Of a DNA stretch of 64,000 nt, positions 43,724 to 54,381 are shown in pieces. Source of the stretch: Escherichia coli. Lineage in GTDB: Bacteria > Pseudomonadota > Gammaproteobacteria > Enterobacterales > Enterobacteriaceae. Position 1 is the stretch's first letter, and every line of letters starts with the position of its first letter. The stretch lies in the NCBI RefSeq assembly GCF_044324875.1, contig NZ_CP172185.1; one strand, 5' to 3'. The notes beneath the pieces were generated by a model. That model was not told the origin of the DNA. It saw nothing but the letters and a program-made list of their open reading frames with translations, and did not search any database. Both the position numbers and the translations under genes were made by a program.

Positions 43724-44352
43724 AGCATGAAGAGTTTGAGGAAACTGAAGAGCTTCAAGCAATGAATCATATAATAAGCAGGCATAAGAGCGACATAACT
43801 ACAGGCGGAAACAGCGATACAAGAAAACTACTGGTTTAGGTCACAATGCAGCAAAATGACAAACTCATACGACGGTTCTTGTGAATGATGCGGTGCCTAA
43901 CCCGCAAATATCAGCATGATTCACCGTAGAACTTACTGATACAAGATAACGTAATGATTGAGCTTATCTCATATGGGGTAACGCGCAATAAAAATAGTTG
44001 AAACATTGTTTATAATTGTTCAATCTATCTTATTTTTATTAATATAGTTGAGCTTCTCAACACATTACTTTAAAGTTCTACACTAAAGAGAACAAAATTA
44101 TCACAACGGATATGGAGATACTTTCAGGCCAGTCAAACCGGTTTAACTGATATGGTTGAATACACGCTTGACTATGAATGGTTTATGGTATTCAGTCCCG
44201 ATAACTATGGGGCCAGTTTTGTGTAGCTTTCAACTTTAGTTGTTTTCACTCATCATAGATGATGCAATAAAAACATCATTTTCTCACGCATTGCATATTG
44301 CTGGTATATCCATATCGCATGTAGCACAGAGTGTTGACTAAATTATAGAAAT

Positions 44353-44820
44353 ATGATTTTTTATCTCATTGACAAAGAAGTTAAGGACCGAGAGATGAGT
44401 TTTAATACCACACACGAGAAATCTGAAATCTATCGTCTGATCCTTAGAGAAAGTGAACTCATTACAGCATGGGTAAAATCTGGAGACACGCCGTCAGCAG
44501 TTTACGGAAAACTACGTGATAAAAACCCGGATATAATCTTTTCGATAAATGGCTTTTTATATAACCTACGTAACTTTAACTATGCACTATATGAAACAGC
44601 CACAAAGAACAAAAGCAAAACAAGGTTAATAATACTCAACCATTATGATGATATTGCATCAGCTATCCGTGCTGGTCATACGCTTAAAGGTGTTTACAAA
44701 CTCGTATGCCCACATATAACATATAACTGTTTTATTACACAACTCAGGAAAACCTATCCTGACCTGCATTCTCAGGGTAAAGCGAATCGCAGCAACAAAA
44801 ACAGAATAATAGCTAACTGA
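44353..44820 (+). CDS. Hypothetical protein (141-155 aa) in an AT-rich region, possible C-terminal HTH
   Basis: ORF with alternative start MSFNTTHEK at 44395; the segment ASAIRAGHTLKGVYKLVCPHITYNCFITQLRK resembles a resolvase-type HTH; low GC. Confidence 0.4.
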   Translation: MIFYLIDKEVKDREMSFNTTHEKSEIYRLILRESELITAWVKSGDTPSAVYGKLRDKNPDIIFSINGFLYNLRNFNYALYETATKNKSKTRLIILNHYDDIASAIRAGHTLKGVYKLVCPHITYNCFITQLRKTYPDLHSQGKANRSNKNRIIAN

Positions 44821-45128
44821 TGATATATAAAATGTTTTACACTATATCTTTTATTGTAACTAAAATTACTTTGATCCTACAAAAAGAAAGGTAAGAAGGG
44901 GTTTAAAAGATCATCACGAGACAACTGTTCTAGTTTTTTAAGCCCCCCATTAATTTAAAAAACAGATACCAAGCATGAATAAGATTATATAAATTTCATT
45001 ACATACAATTCATTACTGTCCGGACAAACATTGTTGTTTATAAAATATAACACACCAATTGTAAAGCTGTGAGGTCATGCTACTTTTAACAGAATTTTTA
45101 AACAAGAGGGAATGGGAGACCATTAATA

Positions 45129-45314
45129 ATGCAAGAAACAAAAATCAACCGCAAATCTAACTGTACAAACTGCAATATTCCCGGATGTAAGCAAACCCCG
45201 TTTTGCAAGTACTGTCGTAGTGTCAAAGATATATCCGGAGCTAGACGCTCTTTATATCTCCATGTAGCAATATTCATCATTATTATTGTACTTACTATTA
45301 TTTCAGTACTTTGA
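45129..45314 (+). CDS. Small Cys-rich protein with C-terminal transmembrane helix (61 aa)
   Basis: CTNC...CKQTPFCKYC followed by hydrophobic VAIFIIIIVLTIISVL; RBS-like GGGAGA upstream. Confidence 0.35.
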   Translation: MQETKINRKSNCTNCNIPGCKQTPFCKYCRSVKDISGARRSLYLHVAIFIIIIVLTIISVL

Positions 45315-45989
45315 CAAGCCTTTTTGCACCAACTGATGTACACAATCAGATTTCAGCCTGTCCGTAATAATTATATTTGATATTACATTAACGCTCTTTA
45401 ACTGTAGGACAGCACAGCGTAAATTGTTGAATAGTTCATTTAAAAAATCATAAGGATAAAAAACCAACACTTAAAACATTGTTCTTTTTCAAGAACACAT
45501 AGTTAAATAAAATAACAAACCACTACCAACTTTAAAACATTAAAAAAAACTGTGAGAGATTACTTTAAAAAGAGTTCATAGCTTTTTAATAAACCATATA
45601 AAATAAACAATACATATGTTACCCCCCCAGCAAAAACGTGACAAAAACATAACACCATAAGCAGGTACCATATAACCGCACACCACCATAACGAATTGGT
45701 CACTGGTTCATGACAAACCGTTCATAATTGCTAAAAATATTAATACACCATCATATAGACTTTCATGTCTAATGAAAAAAATATTTATACTCCAGAATAG
45801 CCACAACCTTTATAAAATTCAGCTCATTAGAATATAAATGCATATGCCAATGAACAGAATACATTCTCATCCTTATTGAGGAACATACTGCCTGAGAGAA
45901 AAATCATCACTCAGACTTTGAAATAACATTGTCGAGTTCATATTATACAAAAGGGGAGTCATTCCCCTTTTTTAGCTTAGGTACTCAGT

Positions 45990-46811
45990 TTATAAAGAAA
46001 TGGCAGAATACTCTGTGTTTATCCATGAGTGTTCCTTTTCCCAGGTGAATATCCATTTACGTACTGGTCCGGCCATCACGTTAAGGTAATAACTGTCATA
46101 CCCGGCCATCGTCGCCACCGGGTGGTACCCTTTCGGCACCATGACCACGTCACGGTTATAGACCGCCATACATTCATCAAGTGTGCGGTCATCGGTATAC
46201 ACCCGCTGCATGCAGAACCCCTGTTCCGGGTTGAGGCGATGGTAATAGGTCTCCTCCAGATAGCTCTCCTGAGGCGGGTTATTCGTATCGTGTTTATGGC
46301 TCGGGTACGAACTGGTACAGCCTTCGTTGGTCCAGACCTCGACGACCAGCAGGCTGTCAGCGGGCTTGTCTTCCGGCAAAATATTATGCACATAACGCTG
46401 GTTGTGGCCGTTACCGCGCGCTTCGCCATCGATATCCTGAGGTGCAATCAACCGCGTCGGGTATGTCCCTTTTCCCGGAGCGGTACAGACTGCCAGCTCC
46501 AGTTTCGTCAGCGCCTTCACCTGCACTGCCTCCTGCGGGGTGACGTAAACCGCCCAAGGTTTGATGCGCTCGAACGGGCTCATCCGCTCCCCGATATCAG
46601 TAAACTGTGCAGAAGGAGTGCTGATGAAAGCGCGCCCGGCCACAAGCACCAGACAGCGCTCTTCACTGACAGCGGGCAGCGTCAGTTGCTGCCCTTCCTC
46701 AAGTTCATAGGCCTCAAAGCCAACATATCCCCATCCGGCGCTTTCCGGCGTGACAGACTGAGTCCGCCCCTCAGCGTTCGGCTGTTGCCAGCGTGATAAC
46801 AGACGTGACAT
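45990..46811 (-). CDS. iolB: 5-deoxy-glucuronate isomerase IolB
   Basis: 273-aa cupin-like ORF at the 3' end of the iol gene array. Confidence 0.75.
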   Translation of the reverse strand: MSRLLSRWQQPNAEGRTQSVTPESAGWGYVGFEAYELEEGQQLTLPAVSEERCLVLVAGRAFISTPSAQFTDIGERMSPFERIKPWAVYVTPQEAVQVKALTKLELAVCTAPGKGTYPTRLIAPQDIDGEARGNGHNQRYVHNILPEDKPADSLLVVEVWTNEGCTSSYPSHKHDTNNPPQESYLEETYYHRLNPEQGFCMQRVYTDDRTLDECMAVYNRDVVMVPKGYHPVATMAGYDSYYLNVMAGPVRKWIFTWEKEHSWINTEYSAISL

Positions 46812-46820
46812 GTCACCTCC

Positions 46821-47711
46821 TCAGATAAGCCCGGCGTCGCGCGCCAGGCGGCTCAGATTGTTATATCCCAGACGGGCGTAGGTCAGCGGATGGGCGATCG
46901 CCGGGTCCTGTTCAGCCTCCACCACCAGCCAACCGTGATAATCCTGCGTTTTCAGCAGTTGCATAATCGGCGGATAATCCACGCAGCCGTCACCCGGCAC
47001 GGTAAACACGCCGCTCAGCACCGCGTCGAGGAAGCTGGTTTTACGGTTTTTGACGTCCGCCAGCACGTCGGCGCGCACATCTTTGCAGTGAACATGATTG
47101 ATGCGCGATGCCCATCGCTGTGCCACCGCCAGCGGATCGGCCCCGGCAAAGGTCAGGTGGCCGGTATCCAGCAGTAAACCAACCTCCTCACCCGTGTGGA
47201 GCATCAGGTTGTCCACGTCTTGAGCGGACTCAATCACCGTGCCCATATGATGGTGGTAAGCAATCTGTACCCCCTGTTGCTGCGTATAGCGGGCGAACAC
47301 GGTGAGCTTCTCACCATACTCTTTCCAGCATTCCTGCGGGAAACGTGGGCGCAGGTGAACCGGCGTCTGCTGCTCACCGTGAATGCAGCCACTCACTTCC
47401 GCAAAAACCAGTACTTTTGCACCCAGCTCTCGCAGCAGCGTCAGATGCGACTGCACAGCAGCAATCTCGTCCTCTACACTGCGTTCCAACAGGCGGCCGG
47501 AATACCAGCCGGAGACCAACTGCAGGTCGTGGCGCTGCAAAATGGGCCCGAGCAGGCGCGCTTCTCGCGGGAATTTATTGCCCAGTTCGAAGCCAGCAAA
47601 ACCGGCCTCTTTCCCTTCACTCAGGCAGGTCTCCAGAGATGTCTCCGCGCCCAGTGAAGGCAGATCATCGTTCGTCCACGTCAGCGGGTTGATGCCCAGT
47701 TGTACACTCAT
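46821..47711 (-). CDS. iolE: Inosose dehydratase IolE (xylose-isomerase-like TIM barrel)
   Basis: Sugar-phosphate isomerase/epimerase fold; start set at MSVQLGINPLTW, just after the iolC stop. Confidence 0.75.
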   Translation of the reverse strand: MSVQLGINPLTWTNDDLPSLGAETSLETCLSEGKEAGFAGFELGNKFPREARLLGPILQRHDLQLVSGWYSGRLLERSVEDEIAAVQSHLTLLRELGAKVLVFAEVSGCIHGEQQTPVHLRPRFPQECWKEYGEKLTVFARYTQQQGVQIAYHHHMGTVIESAQDVDNLMLHTGEEVGLLLDTGHLTFAGADPLAVAQRWASRINHVHCKDVRADVLADVKNRKTSFLDAVLSGVFTVPGDGCVDYPPIMQLLKTQDYHGWLVVEAEQDPAIAHPLTYARLGYNNLSRLARDAGLI

Positions 47712-47722
47712 TGTCGTCTCCA

Positions 47723-49627
47723 TTATGCGTGTCCGCGCTCGCGCCACCAGGCGATAAGCTGCAGGTAGTTGTCCCGGATGCGCGCCACCAGCTGCGCATC
47801 GTCAATATCGTGTTTCAGCCATGCGCGGGAGGCATCGCCAAACAGCGTGCGCCCCACGGCGAAGCCTTTCACCAGCGCCTGCCCCGCGGCAGCTTTGAAG
47901 TCGGCACGCAGCTGTTCCGCCGGAGCATCCAGACCGAGGATCACCACGCCGCGGCAGTGCGGGTCCCGGCGCGCGATAATCTCGCTCAGTGCCGTCCAGC
48001 CTTCGGCGGAGAGCGGCGGCAGTTTCCACCAGTCGGGGTAAATGCCAAGGTTGTAGAAGCGGGAAATGGCACGCAGATAAAGTTCGTCACTGCGCGGCAT
48101 AGTGGCGGGTAATATCACCTCCAGCAGCAGTTCATGTCCGGACTGACAGCAGGCGTGGTACACCTCGGCGATTTTCTGCTCCTGCTCCAGACGCAAGCCG
48201 TGGGCATCTTCCGGATGGAAAAAGACCAGGCACTTCACCACATGCTCCTGCGGCCAACTGATAAGCTGGGTACCAATGTTACCGTGCTCCATCTCCAGCG
48301 GACGCGAGCCTGGCAGTTCAATGGGACGACCAATCCACCACCCTTCGCCGGTAATGGCGTTCAGCGCATCCTGACCAAAGGTGCCATCGCACAGCAGGCC
48401 GGCTTTCCCCTCCAGCCCGGCAGAGCTTGCCGCCTCTCGGCTGGCCTGCAGGATCAGCTGTTTCAGCGCCGGAATACGCTTAAGCGACGCGCCGCACTGC
48501 AGCGCCATATCTTCCAGTTGACTGCGGTGATCGAACGCCATCACGCACAGCTCCGGCCATTCGCGGCGGCGGGTGGTCACCCGGTGCAGATGGTTAAGAC
48601 GCGGGTCAATGTCCGGGCGCGGAACGAGCGCGGCGCGGGAGAGGTAATCATCCAGCTCAATTTTGCTCGGCATCGCCGGTGCACAGCCGTGGCGCGAGAC
48701 CACCAGCGCCCCACAGGCGTTGGCGTAGCGGCACGCCTGCTCCCAGCCCTCGTCGTTCAGGTAACCGCGCAGCAGGCCAGACATAAACGCATCTCCCGCG
48801 CCAAGGACGTTAAGCACCTCCACACGCACGCCGGTCACCGTCAGGCCGTCATCCAGCCGAGGTGGAATGGCATCGGTATACACCGAACAGCCCAGCGCGC
48901 CGCGCTTGCAAACCAGTGTCGCCTTGCTGACGTGGCGCACCTGTGCCAGCGCCTGCAACGTATCGGTGCTGCCCCCCGCAATGTGAAACTCCTCTTCGGT
49001 GCCGACAACGACGTCGAAAAGGTGTAGCACCTCCTGAAGTTCACGGGTAACCTGTTCGGCAACGATAAAACGCGTTTCGCCGTCTCCTAGAGAGGTTAGT
49101 CCCCACAGCACCGGACGGTAGTCGATGTCCAGCACCGTGCGCACGCCGTGACGGCGGGCGTAATTCAGCGCCGTCAGCACCGCCTCGCGGGTCTGCGGGT
49201 GAGAAAGGTGAGTCCCGGTGATGGCAATACACCGTGCGGAGGCAATGTAGCTTTCGTCCACATCGCTGGCAGTAATCGCCATATCCGCGCAGTTATCGCG
49301 ATAAAAAATCAGAGGAAAGGTGTCCCGGTCTTTAATGCCGAGTAGCACCAGCGCCGTGAGGCGTTCTTTATCGGTGATCAGATGGCTGGTATCGCAGCCC
49401 ACCTGGTTTAACTCTTCCCGCAGGAAGCGCCCCATATGTTCATCGCCAACGCGCGCCAGCATTGACGAGCGTAAGCCCTGACGCGCGGTACCGTACGCCA
49501 CGTTGCCGGACGAGCCGCCGAGATATTTGGCGAAGCTCGACACATCCTCCAGGCGGGCACCAATTTGCTGGCTGTAGAGGTCTACCGCCACGCGGCCCAT
49601 GCATATCACATCAAACTGCTTTTCCAC
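47723..49627 (-). CDS. iolC: 5-dehydro-2-deoxygluconokinase IolC (PfkB kinase) fused to a C-terminal DUF2090/aldolase-like domain
   Basis: 634-aa ORF; N-terminal ribokinase-family motifs (GGSSGNVAYG, GAGDAF); long C-terminal extension as in enterobacterial IolC. Confidence 0.75.
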   Translation of the reverse strand: MEKQFDVICMGRVAVDLYSQQIGARLEDVSSFAKYLGGSSGNVAYGTARQGLRSSMLARVGDEHMGRFLREELNQVGCDTSHLITDKERLTALVLLGIKDRDTFPLIFYRDNCADMAITASDVDESYIASARCIAITGTHLSHPQTREAVLTALNYARRHGVRTVLDIDYRPVLWGLTSLGDGETRFIVAEQVTRELQEVLHLFDVVVGTEEEFHIAGGSTDTLQALAQVRHVSKATLVCKRGALGCSVYTDAIPPRLDDGLTVTGVRVEVLNVLGAGDAFMSGLLRGYLNDEGWEQACRYANACGALVVSRHGCAPAMPSKIELDDYLSRAALVPRPDIDPRLNHLHRVTTRRREWPELCVMAFDHRSQLEDMALQCGASLKRIPALKQLILQASREAASSAGLEGKAGLLCDGTFGQDALNAITGEGWWIGRPIELPGSRPLEMEHGNIGTQLISWPQEHVVKCLVFFHPEDAHGLRLEQEQKIAEVYHACCQSGHELLLEVILPATMPRSDELYLRAISRFYNLGIYPDWWKLPPLSAEGWTALSEIIARRDPHCRGVVILGLDAPAEQLRADFKAAAGQALVKGFAVGRTLFGDASRAWLKHDIDDAQLVARIRDNYLQLIAWWRERGHA

Positions 49628-49639
49628 GTTGAACCCTCT

Positions 49640-50785
49640 TCAGACAATGTCATTCACGTTCAGCCAGAGGCCCTGCTGGTGTGAGAGTGCGATGGCATCC
49701 AGCACGCGCGAGACCTTCCAGCCCTCTTCGAAGTCCGGCCACATCGGTGCGTCGGTGGCAATGCCGTCTACCAGATCACGCACTTCCACCGTTTTTTGAT
49801 CGTTAAAGCCGATACCATGACCTGCGCCCATGCAAAACGCGCCGTAATCCGGGTGTGCCGGACCGACCAACAGTGTCTGGAACCCCTGACGGTTCACCGG
49901 ATCATCATGCAGATAGAGCTTTATCTCTGCCATCCGCTCTTGGGTAAAACTGATCGCTCCTTTGGTACCAGTAATGACGTATGACAGCCCCATCTTGCGG
50001 CCGCAGGCGACGCGGGAAGTTTCAATGACGCCCTGCGCCCCGCCCGCAAAGCGCACCATCGCGTGGGCCTGATCTTCATTTTCCACGGTGACCATTTCCG
50101 ACGATCCGGCCTTTGCCGGACGTGCCGGCACCACAATTTTCAGATCGCCACAGACCTGCTCAATCTCTCCCACCAGATACTGGGCCATATTGACGATATG
50201 TGCCGCCAGGTCACCCAGAGCCCCCAGTCCGGCGGTCTCTTTAAAACAGTGCCAGTGAATAGGGGAAAGCGGGTCGGCCATATAGTCTTCGTTGTGGGTT
50301 CCGTAGAAGTGGATCACCTCACCAATTTCGCCGCACGCAATAATCTCTTTCGCCAACTGTGCCGTCGGGTTTTTCATGTAATTGAAACCCACCAGCGTTT
50401 TCACCCCTGCCCGCTTCGCAGCGTCGACCATCTCACGCGCGTCGTGGGCATTCAGTGCCAGCGGCTTTTCCGAATAGACGTGCTTGCCGTGGCGGATCGC
50501 CTCCAGCGCCATCTCTTTGTGAAGATGGTTAGGGGAGCAAATATCCACCACATCAATGGCCGGGTCGGCCACGAGCACCCGCCAGTCTCCGGTTGAGCGA
50601 TTGAAGCCAAACGCCTGCGCGCGTTCTGCCGCCAGCGCCGGATTCACCTCAGCCACCATCTCGCGCACCAGTTTGCCGCGCAGATTGAACACCGTCGGTG
50701 CCTGGGCATAGGCAATGGCATGCGCCTTGCCAATATACCCGGTGCCAATCAATCCAATACGAACCTCTTTCATCGTGATCCTCAC
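49640..50785 (-). CDS. iolG: Gfo/Idh/MocA-family oxidoreductase (inositol 2-dehydrogenase-like)
   Basis: N-terminal Rossmann motif IGLIGTGYIGKAH; start may be the internal MKEV (50773). Confidence 0.7.
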   Translation of the reverse strand: MRITMKEVRIGLIGTGYIGKAHAIAYAQAPTVFNLRGKLVREMVAEVNPALAAERAQAFGFNRSTGDWRVLVADPAIDVVDICSPNHLHKEMALEAIRHGKHVYSEKPLALNAHDAREMVDAAKRAGVKTLVGFNYMKNPTAQLAKEIIACGEIGEVIHFYGTHNEDYMADPLSPIHWHCFKETAGLGALGDLAAHIVNMAQYLVGEIEQVCGDLKIVVPARPAKAGSSEMVTVENEDQAHAMVRFAGGAQGVIETSRVACGRKMGLSYVITGTKGAISFTQERMAEIKLYLHDDPVNRQGFQTLLVGPAHPDYGAFCMGAGHGIGFNDQKTVEVRDLVDGIATDAPMWPDFEEGWKVSRVLDAIALSHQQGLWLNVNDIV

Positions 50786-51810
50786 AGTGCGCCGCGACGG
50801 CTCTTGGCATAGGTGTCGAATGCCACCGCCAGAACGATAATTAATCCGGTGATAATTTGCTGGTAGTAGGCCGAGACGTTCATCAGTACCAGGCCATTAA
50901 TCAGAATGCCCATGATGATGGAGCCGATGATAGTGCCGCCGATACGCCCATATCCCCCCATCAACGACGTGCCGCCAATAACCACCGAGGCAATAACACG
51001 CAGCTCAAAGGAGATCCCGGCAACCGCCTCAGCGCTCCCCAGACGAGCGCTCAGGATGAAGCCCGCCAGCCCCGCCAGACAGCCAATCAGCACATAGACG
51101 CTAACCAGCACACGCTTCACGTTTACCCCAGCCAGACGTGCCGCCTCCGGGTTGCCACCGATTGCATAGACGAAGCGCCCCCAACGGGTTTTATGCAGTG
51201 CCAGATAACCACCAATGGCAACGATGGCGAAGATCCAGATCGGAATGGAGATGCCGAGCAATTCCCCTCGTCCCCACCAGCGATAACCCTGATCGAAGCC
51301 GGCAATCGGCGCACCGTCGTTAATCACGAGCGTCAGACCACGCCAGATGGTCATCCCGCCAAGGGTGACGATGAACGGTGGTAGGCGCAGGCGGGTGACG
51401 CCCAAACCGTGCAGGAAGCCAATCGCTGTACCCATGGTCAGACAAATCCCCAGCCCAATCAGCCAGCTCATACCGCCCCAAGCGTTCGGATCGACTGTGG
51501 TGAAATTGTCGCCTTTGATCACGTACGCCGCTGTCATGGCGCACACTGCCAGAATAGAGCCCACGGAGAGGTCGATCCCAGCGGTCAGAATGACGAAGGT
51601 CATCCCCACGGCCATGATTCCGTAGATGGAGACTTCGGTCAGGATGTTGAAAATATTGCGTTCAGAGAAAAAATTACTGTTCTGCGACTGAAAGAAGATC
51701 AGCAGCAGGATCATGAAAATCAGTACCCCGAAGCGCTCGAAGAAGGCAATGGGATCGATGCGTCCGGCGCGTTTTACCGGGACCTGCGTTTTAGGAATCA
51801 TCTGCGTCAT
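50782..51810 (-). CDS. Sugar ABC transporter permease (RbsC-like)
   Basis: 342-aa polytopic membrane protein; third gene of a binding-protein/ATPase/permease cassette. Confidence 0.8.
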   Translation of the reverse strand: MTQMIPKTQVPVKRAGRIDPIAFFERFGVLIFMILLLIFFQSQNSNFFSERNIFNILTEVSIYGIMAVGMTFVILTAGIDLSVGSILAVCAMTAAYVIKGDNFTTVDPNAWGGMSWLIGLGICLTMGTAIGFLHGLGVTRLRLPPFIVTLGGMTIWRGLTLVINDGAPIAGFDQGYRWWGRGELLGISIPIWIFAIVAIGGYLALHKTRWGRFVYAIGGNPEAARLAGVNVKRVLVSVYVLIGCLAGLAGFILSARLGSAEAVAGISFELRVIASVVIGGTSLMGGYGRIGGTIIGSIIMGILINGLVLMNVSAYYQQIITGLIIVLAVAFDTYAKSRRGAL

Positions 51811-51821
51811 GAGAAACTCCG

Positions 51822-53369
51822 TTATGCCGCGTTCAGGGCGTTGTGGTTGATAGCCATCATCGTCATCAGCCGTTCTTCGTTAGCGTCGTCACCGTGGATC
51901 TCGCCAGTTAACCGGCCTTCACTAAGGGTGATGATCCGGTCAGACACCGCCATCACTTCAGGCAGATCGGAGGAGATCACGATCACCGCCACGCCCTTTT
52001 TCGCCATATCAAACAGCACCTGGTGCACTTCCGATTTGGTTCCAACGTCGATGCCACGCGTCGGCTCATCGACAATCAACACCCGTGGATTGAGCGCCAT
52101 GCAGCGCGCGAGGATAACTTTCTGCTGGTTGCCGCCAGAGAGCTTACGCACCTCTTGCGTGCTGTTGACCATTTTGATCTGCAGCGCCTGGCGGTAGGAC
52201 TCAATCAGGTCGTCCTCTTTGCGGGTATTCACAAACCAGCGCCACTGCAACAGCGAGGAGAGGCAGGAGAGCGACAGGTTGTAGCGAATCGACAGACCCA
52301 GCACCGCCCCCTCTTTTTTGCGATCTTCCGGCACCAGCGCCAGCCCTTGCTCCAGCGCATAAAGTGGGTCACGCGGCTGGTACGGCACGCCGTCCAGTTC
52401 AAAGCTGCCGGTGGTAAAGGCGTCGGCGCCAAACAGGCAGCGCGCTACCTCAGTACGACCAGCCCCCACCAGCCCAGCGATACCCAGAACTTCCCCAGCA
52501 TGGACGTGAAAACTGATGTCATGCAGGGCGATGCCGTGTGGATCCAGCGGCGGTTTTTCCCGGCTTAACCCCTTCACCGACAAACGGACAGGTTTGTCTT
52601 CATGGTGGGTTTCGCTGGCAGGGCGGCGGTTAAAGGCCACATCACGCCCTACCATCAGGCGGATCAACTGCTCTACGTTCGTCTCCGTCACTGCGCCGGT
52701 GCCGGTGAAACGGCCATCCTGGAAAACGGTGAAACGATCGCAAAGCTGGAAAACTTCATGCAGACGGTGAGTAACGTAAATAATGCTCACGCCGCGGTTT
52801 TTAAGCTCCCGCACCACGCGGTGCAGGCTTTCCACCTCGCTGTCACTCAGGGCGGCGGAGGGTTCATCCATGATGATCAGCCTGGCATTGAGGGTCAGCG
52901 CCCGGGCAATCTCCACCATCTGCTGCTGGGCCACGCTCAGACGGGCGACTGGCGTGGTGGGTGCGACATTCAGTTGCAGATAATCGAGAATCACCTGCGC
53001 TTCCTGATTGACCGCTTTTTCGTCGACGATCAGGTTACGTTTACGCGGTTCGCGTCCGAGAAACATGTTTTCCGCAACGGTCATATTGGGCAGCAGGTTG
53101 AATTCCTGATAGATGGTGATAATGCCCTTGTTCTGCCGTTCTACCGGGGAGTCGTCCACCGGCAGCGTTTCGCCATTGAACCAGATCTCCCCGCGCGTTT
53201 GTGGCTGTGCGCCCGCGAGTGCCTTCAACAGCGTGGATTTCCCAGCGCCGTTTTCGCCCAGCAAAGCGTGAATTTCACCCGTGCCGACGGTGAGCTGGGC
53301 GCTGCTCAGCGCCCATACGCCGGAAAAGCTTTTTGCCAGGTCGGTTACTTTCAGTAAGGGTTGCGACAT
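51822..53369 (-). CDS. Sugar ABC transporter ATP-binding protein (duplicated nucleotide-binding domains, RbsA-like)
   Basis: Walker A GENGAGKST and a second degenerate nucleotide-binding domain; 515 aa. Confidence 0.85.
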   Translation of the reverse strand: MSQPLLKVTDLAKSFSGVWALSSAQLTVGTGEIHALLGENGAGKSTLLKALAGAQPQTRGEIWFNGETLPVDDSPVERQNKGIITIYQEFNLLPNMTVAENMFLGREPRKRNLIVDEKAVNQEAQVILDYLQLNVAPTTPVARLSVAQQQMVEIARALTLNARLIIMDEPSAALSDSEVESLHRVVRELKNRGVSIIYVTHRLHEVFQLCDRFTVFQDGRFTGTGAVTETNVEQLIRLMVGRDVAFNRRPASETHHEDKPVRLSVKGLSREKPPLDPHGIALHDISFHVHAGEVLGIAGLVGAGRTEVARCLFGADAFTTGSFELDGVPYQPRDPLYALEQGLALVPEDRKKEGAVLGLSIRYNLSLSCLSSLLQWRWFVNTRKEDDLIESYRQALQIKMVNSTQEVRKLSGGNQQKVILARCMALNPRVLIVDEPTRGIDVGTKSEVHQVLFDMAKKGVAVIVISSDLPEVMAVSDRIITLSEGRLTGEIHGDDANEERLMTMMAINHNALNAA

Positions 53370-53420
53370 CAGCCTGCTCCTTATTTATGGGGAGCCGCCC
53401 GTACGGCGGCTCCAGACAAA

Positions 53421-54350
53421 TCAGTTACCGGCCTCAGCAATACGCTCAGCCTGTTGCAGGTTCTCTTTGGTGATCAGCGTCGGCGGATAGTCCGCCCCGG
53501 TGATAGTTTTTTTCTCACGCACGTTAGCCACCAGTTGGCTCATCGCCGTGGTCACCGCAAAGCCGGGACGCTGATCCGCCGTAACCGCCAGCCAGCCGTC
53601 GCGCACGCGGGCCAGTGCTTCCGGTACCGCATCAAAACCGGTGACCAGGATTTCACCCGGTTTCACACCCTGACTCTGCAGCGCTTCAATCGCCCCCAGC
53701 GCCATATCATCGTTGGCAGAGAGGATCACCTGAGGACGTTTTGGCAGCGACGGCAAAACGCTTTCGACAATGCGCATCCCTTCCGAGCGCATCCAGTTGC
53801 CGGTCTGATCGGCGACGATCTTGTACATATCCCCGCCAGCCTTCAGGCTGTCACGGATCCCTTTGGTGCGTTCAATGTTGGAGGAGGAACCCGGTTGACC
53901 GGTCAACAGAATGATCTCCGCGCCGTTGGGGAATTTGGTTTTGACGAAGTCGCCAATCGCCTGGCCGCCCTTGTAGTTGTTGGCACCAAAGTGCGGCACT
54001 TTTTTCTGGCTGTCGACAGAGCGGTCAAGCGTAACGACCGGCAGCTTCGTATCCTGAATTTCATCTACCGCACTGGAGACCGCGTTCACATCGTTCGGGG
54101 AGACGATAAAGCCCTGCGCACCACGGGTGATGGCGTTTTCCAGGTCAGCCACCTGCTTCGGTGAGCTGCCCTGACCGTCCAGTACCTGAAGTTTCACCCC
54201 CATCTCTTTTGCGGCTTTCACCGCCGTGCGCTGCATGTGAACTTCAAACGGCATGGCCAGGTTTGGCGTACTGAAAACAATTTGCTCGTTTTCGGCTATG
54301 GCGGCCCCGGATGTCATGGCGATTAGGGCGGCTAAGATCAGTTTTTTCAT
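53421..54350 (-). CDS. Periplasmic sugar-binding protein (RbsB-like; probable inositol-binding)
   Basis: Start set at MKKLILAALIAMTSGAAIA signal peptide; type-1 periplasmic binding fold. Confidence 0.8.
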   Translation of the reverse strand: MKKLILAALIAMTSGAAIAENEQIVFSTPNLAMPFEVHMQRTAVKAAKEMGVKLQVLDGQGSSPKQVADLENAITRGAQGFIVSPNDVNAVSSAVDEIQDTKLPVVTLDRSVDSQKKVPHFGANNYKGGQAIGDFVKTKFPNGAEIILLTGQPGSSSNIERTKGIRDSLKAGGDMYKIVADQTGNWMRSEGMRIVESVLPSLPKRPQVILSANDDMALGAIEALQSQGVKPGEILVTGFDAVPEALARVRDGWLAVTADQRPGFAVTTAMSQLVANVREKKTITGADYPPTLITKENLQQAERIAEAGN

Positions 54351-54381
54351 TATTATGTCTCTCTGTGTAGGGTTGTTGTGT

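Noticed and set aside
47108-49345. Numerous plus-strand ORFs of 65-300 aa across iolE and iolC
   Set aside because: High-GC antisense frames opposite genes with clear kinase and isomerase motifs; no independent support
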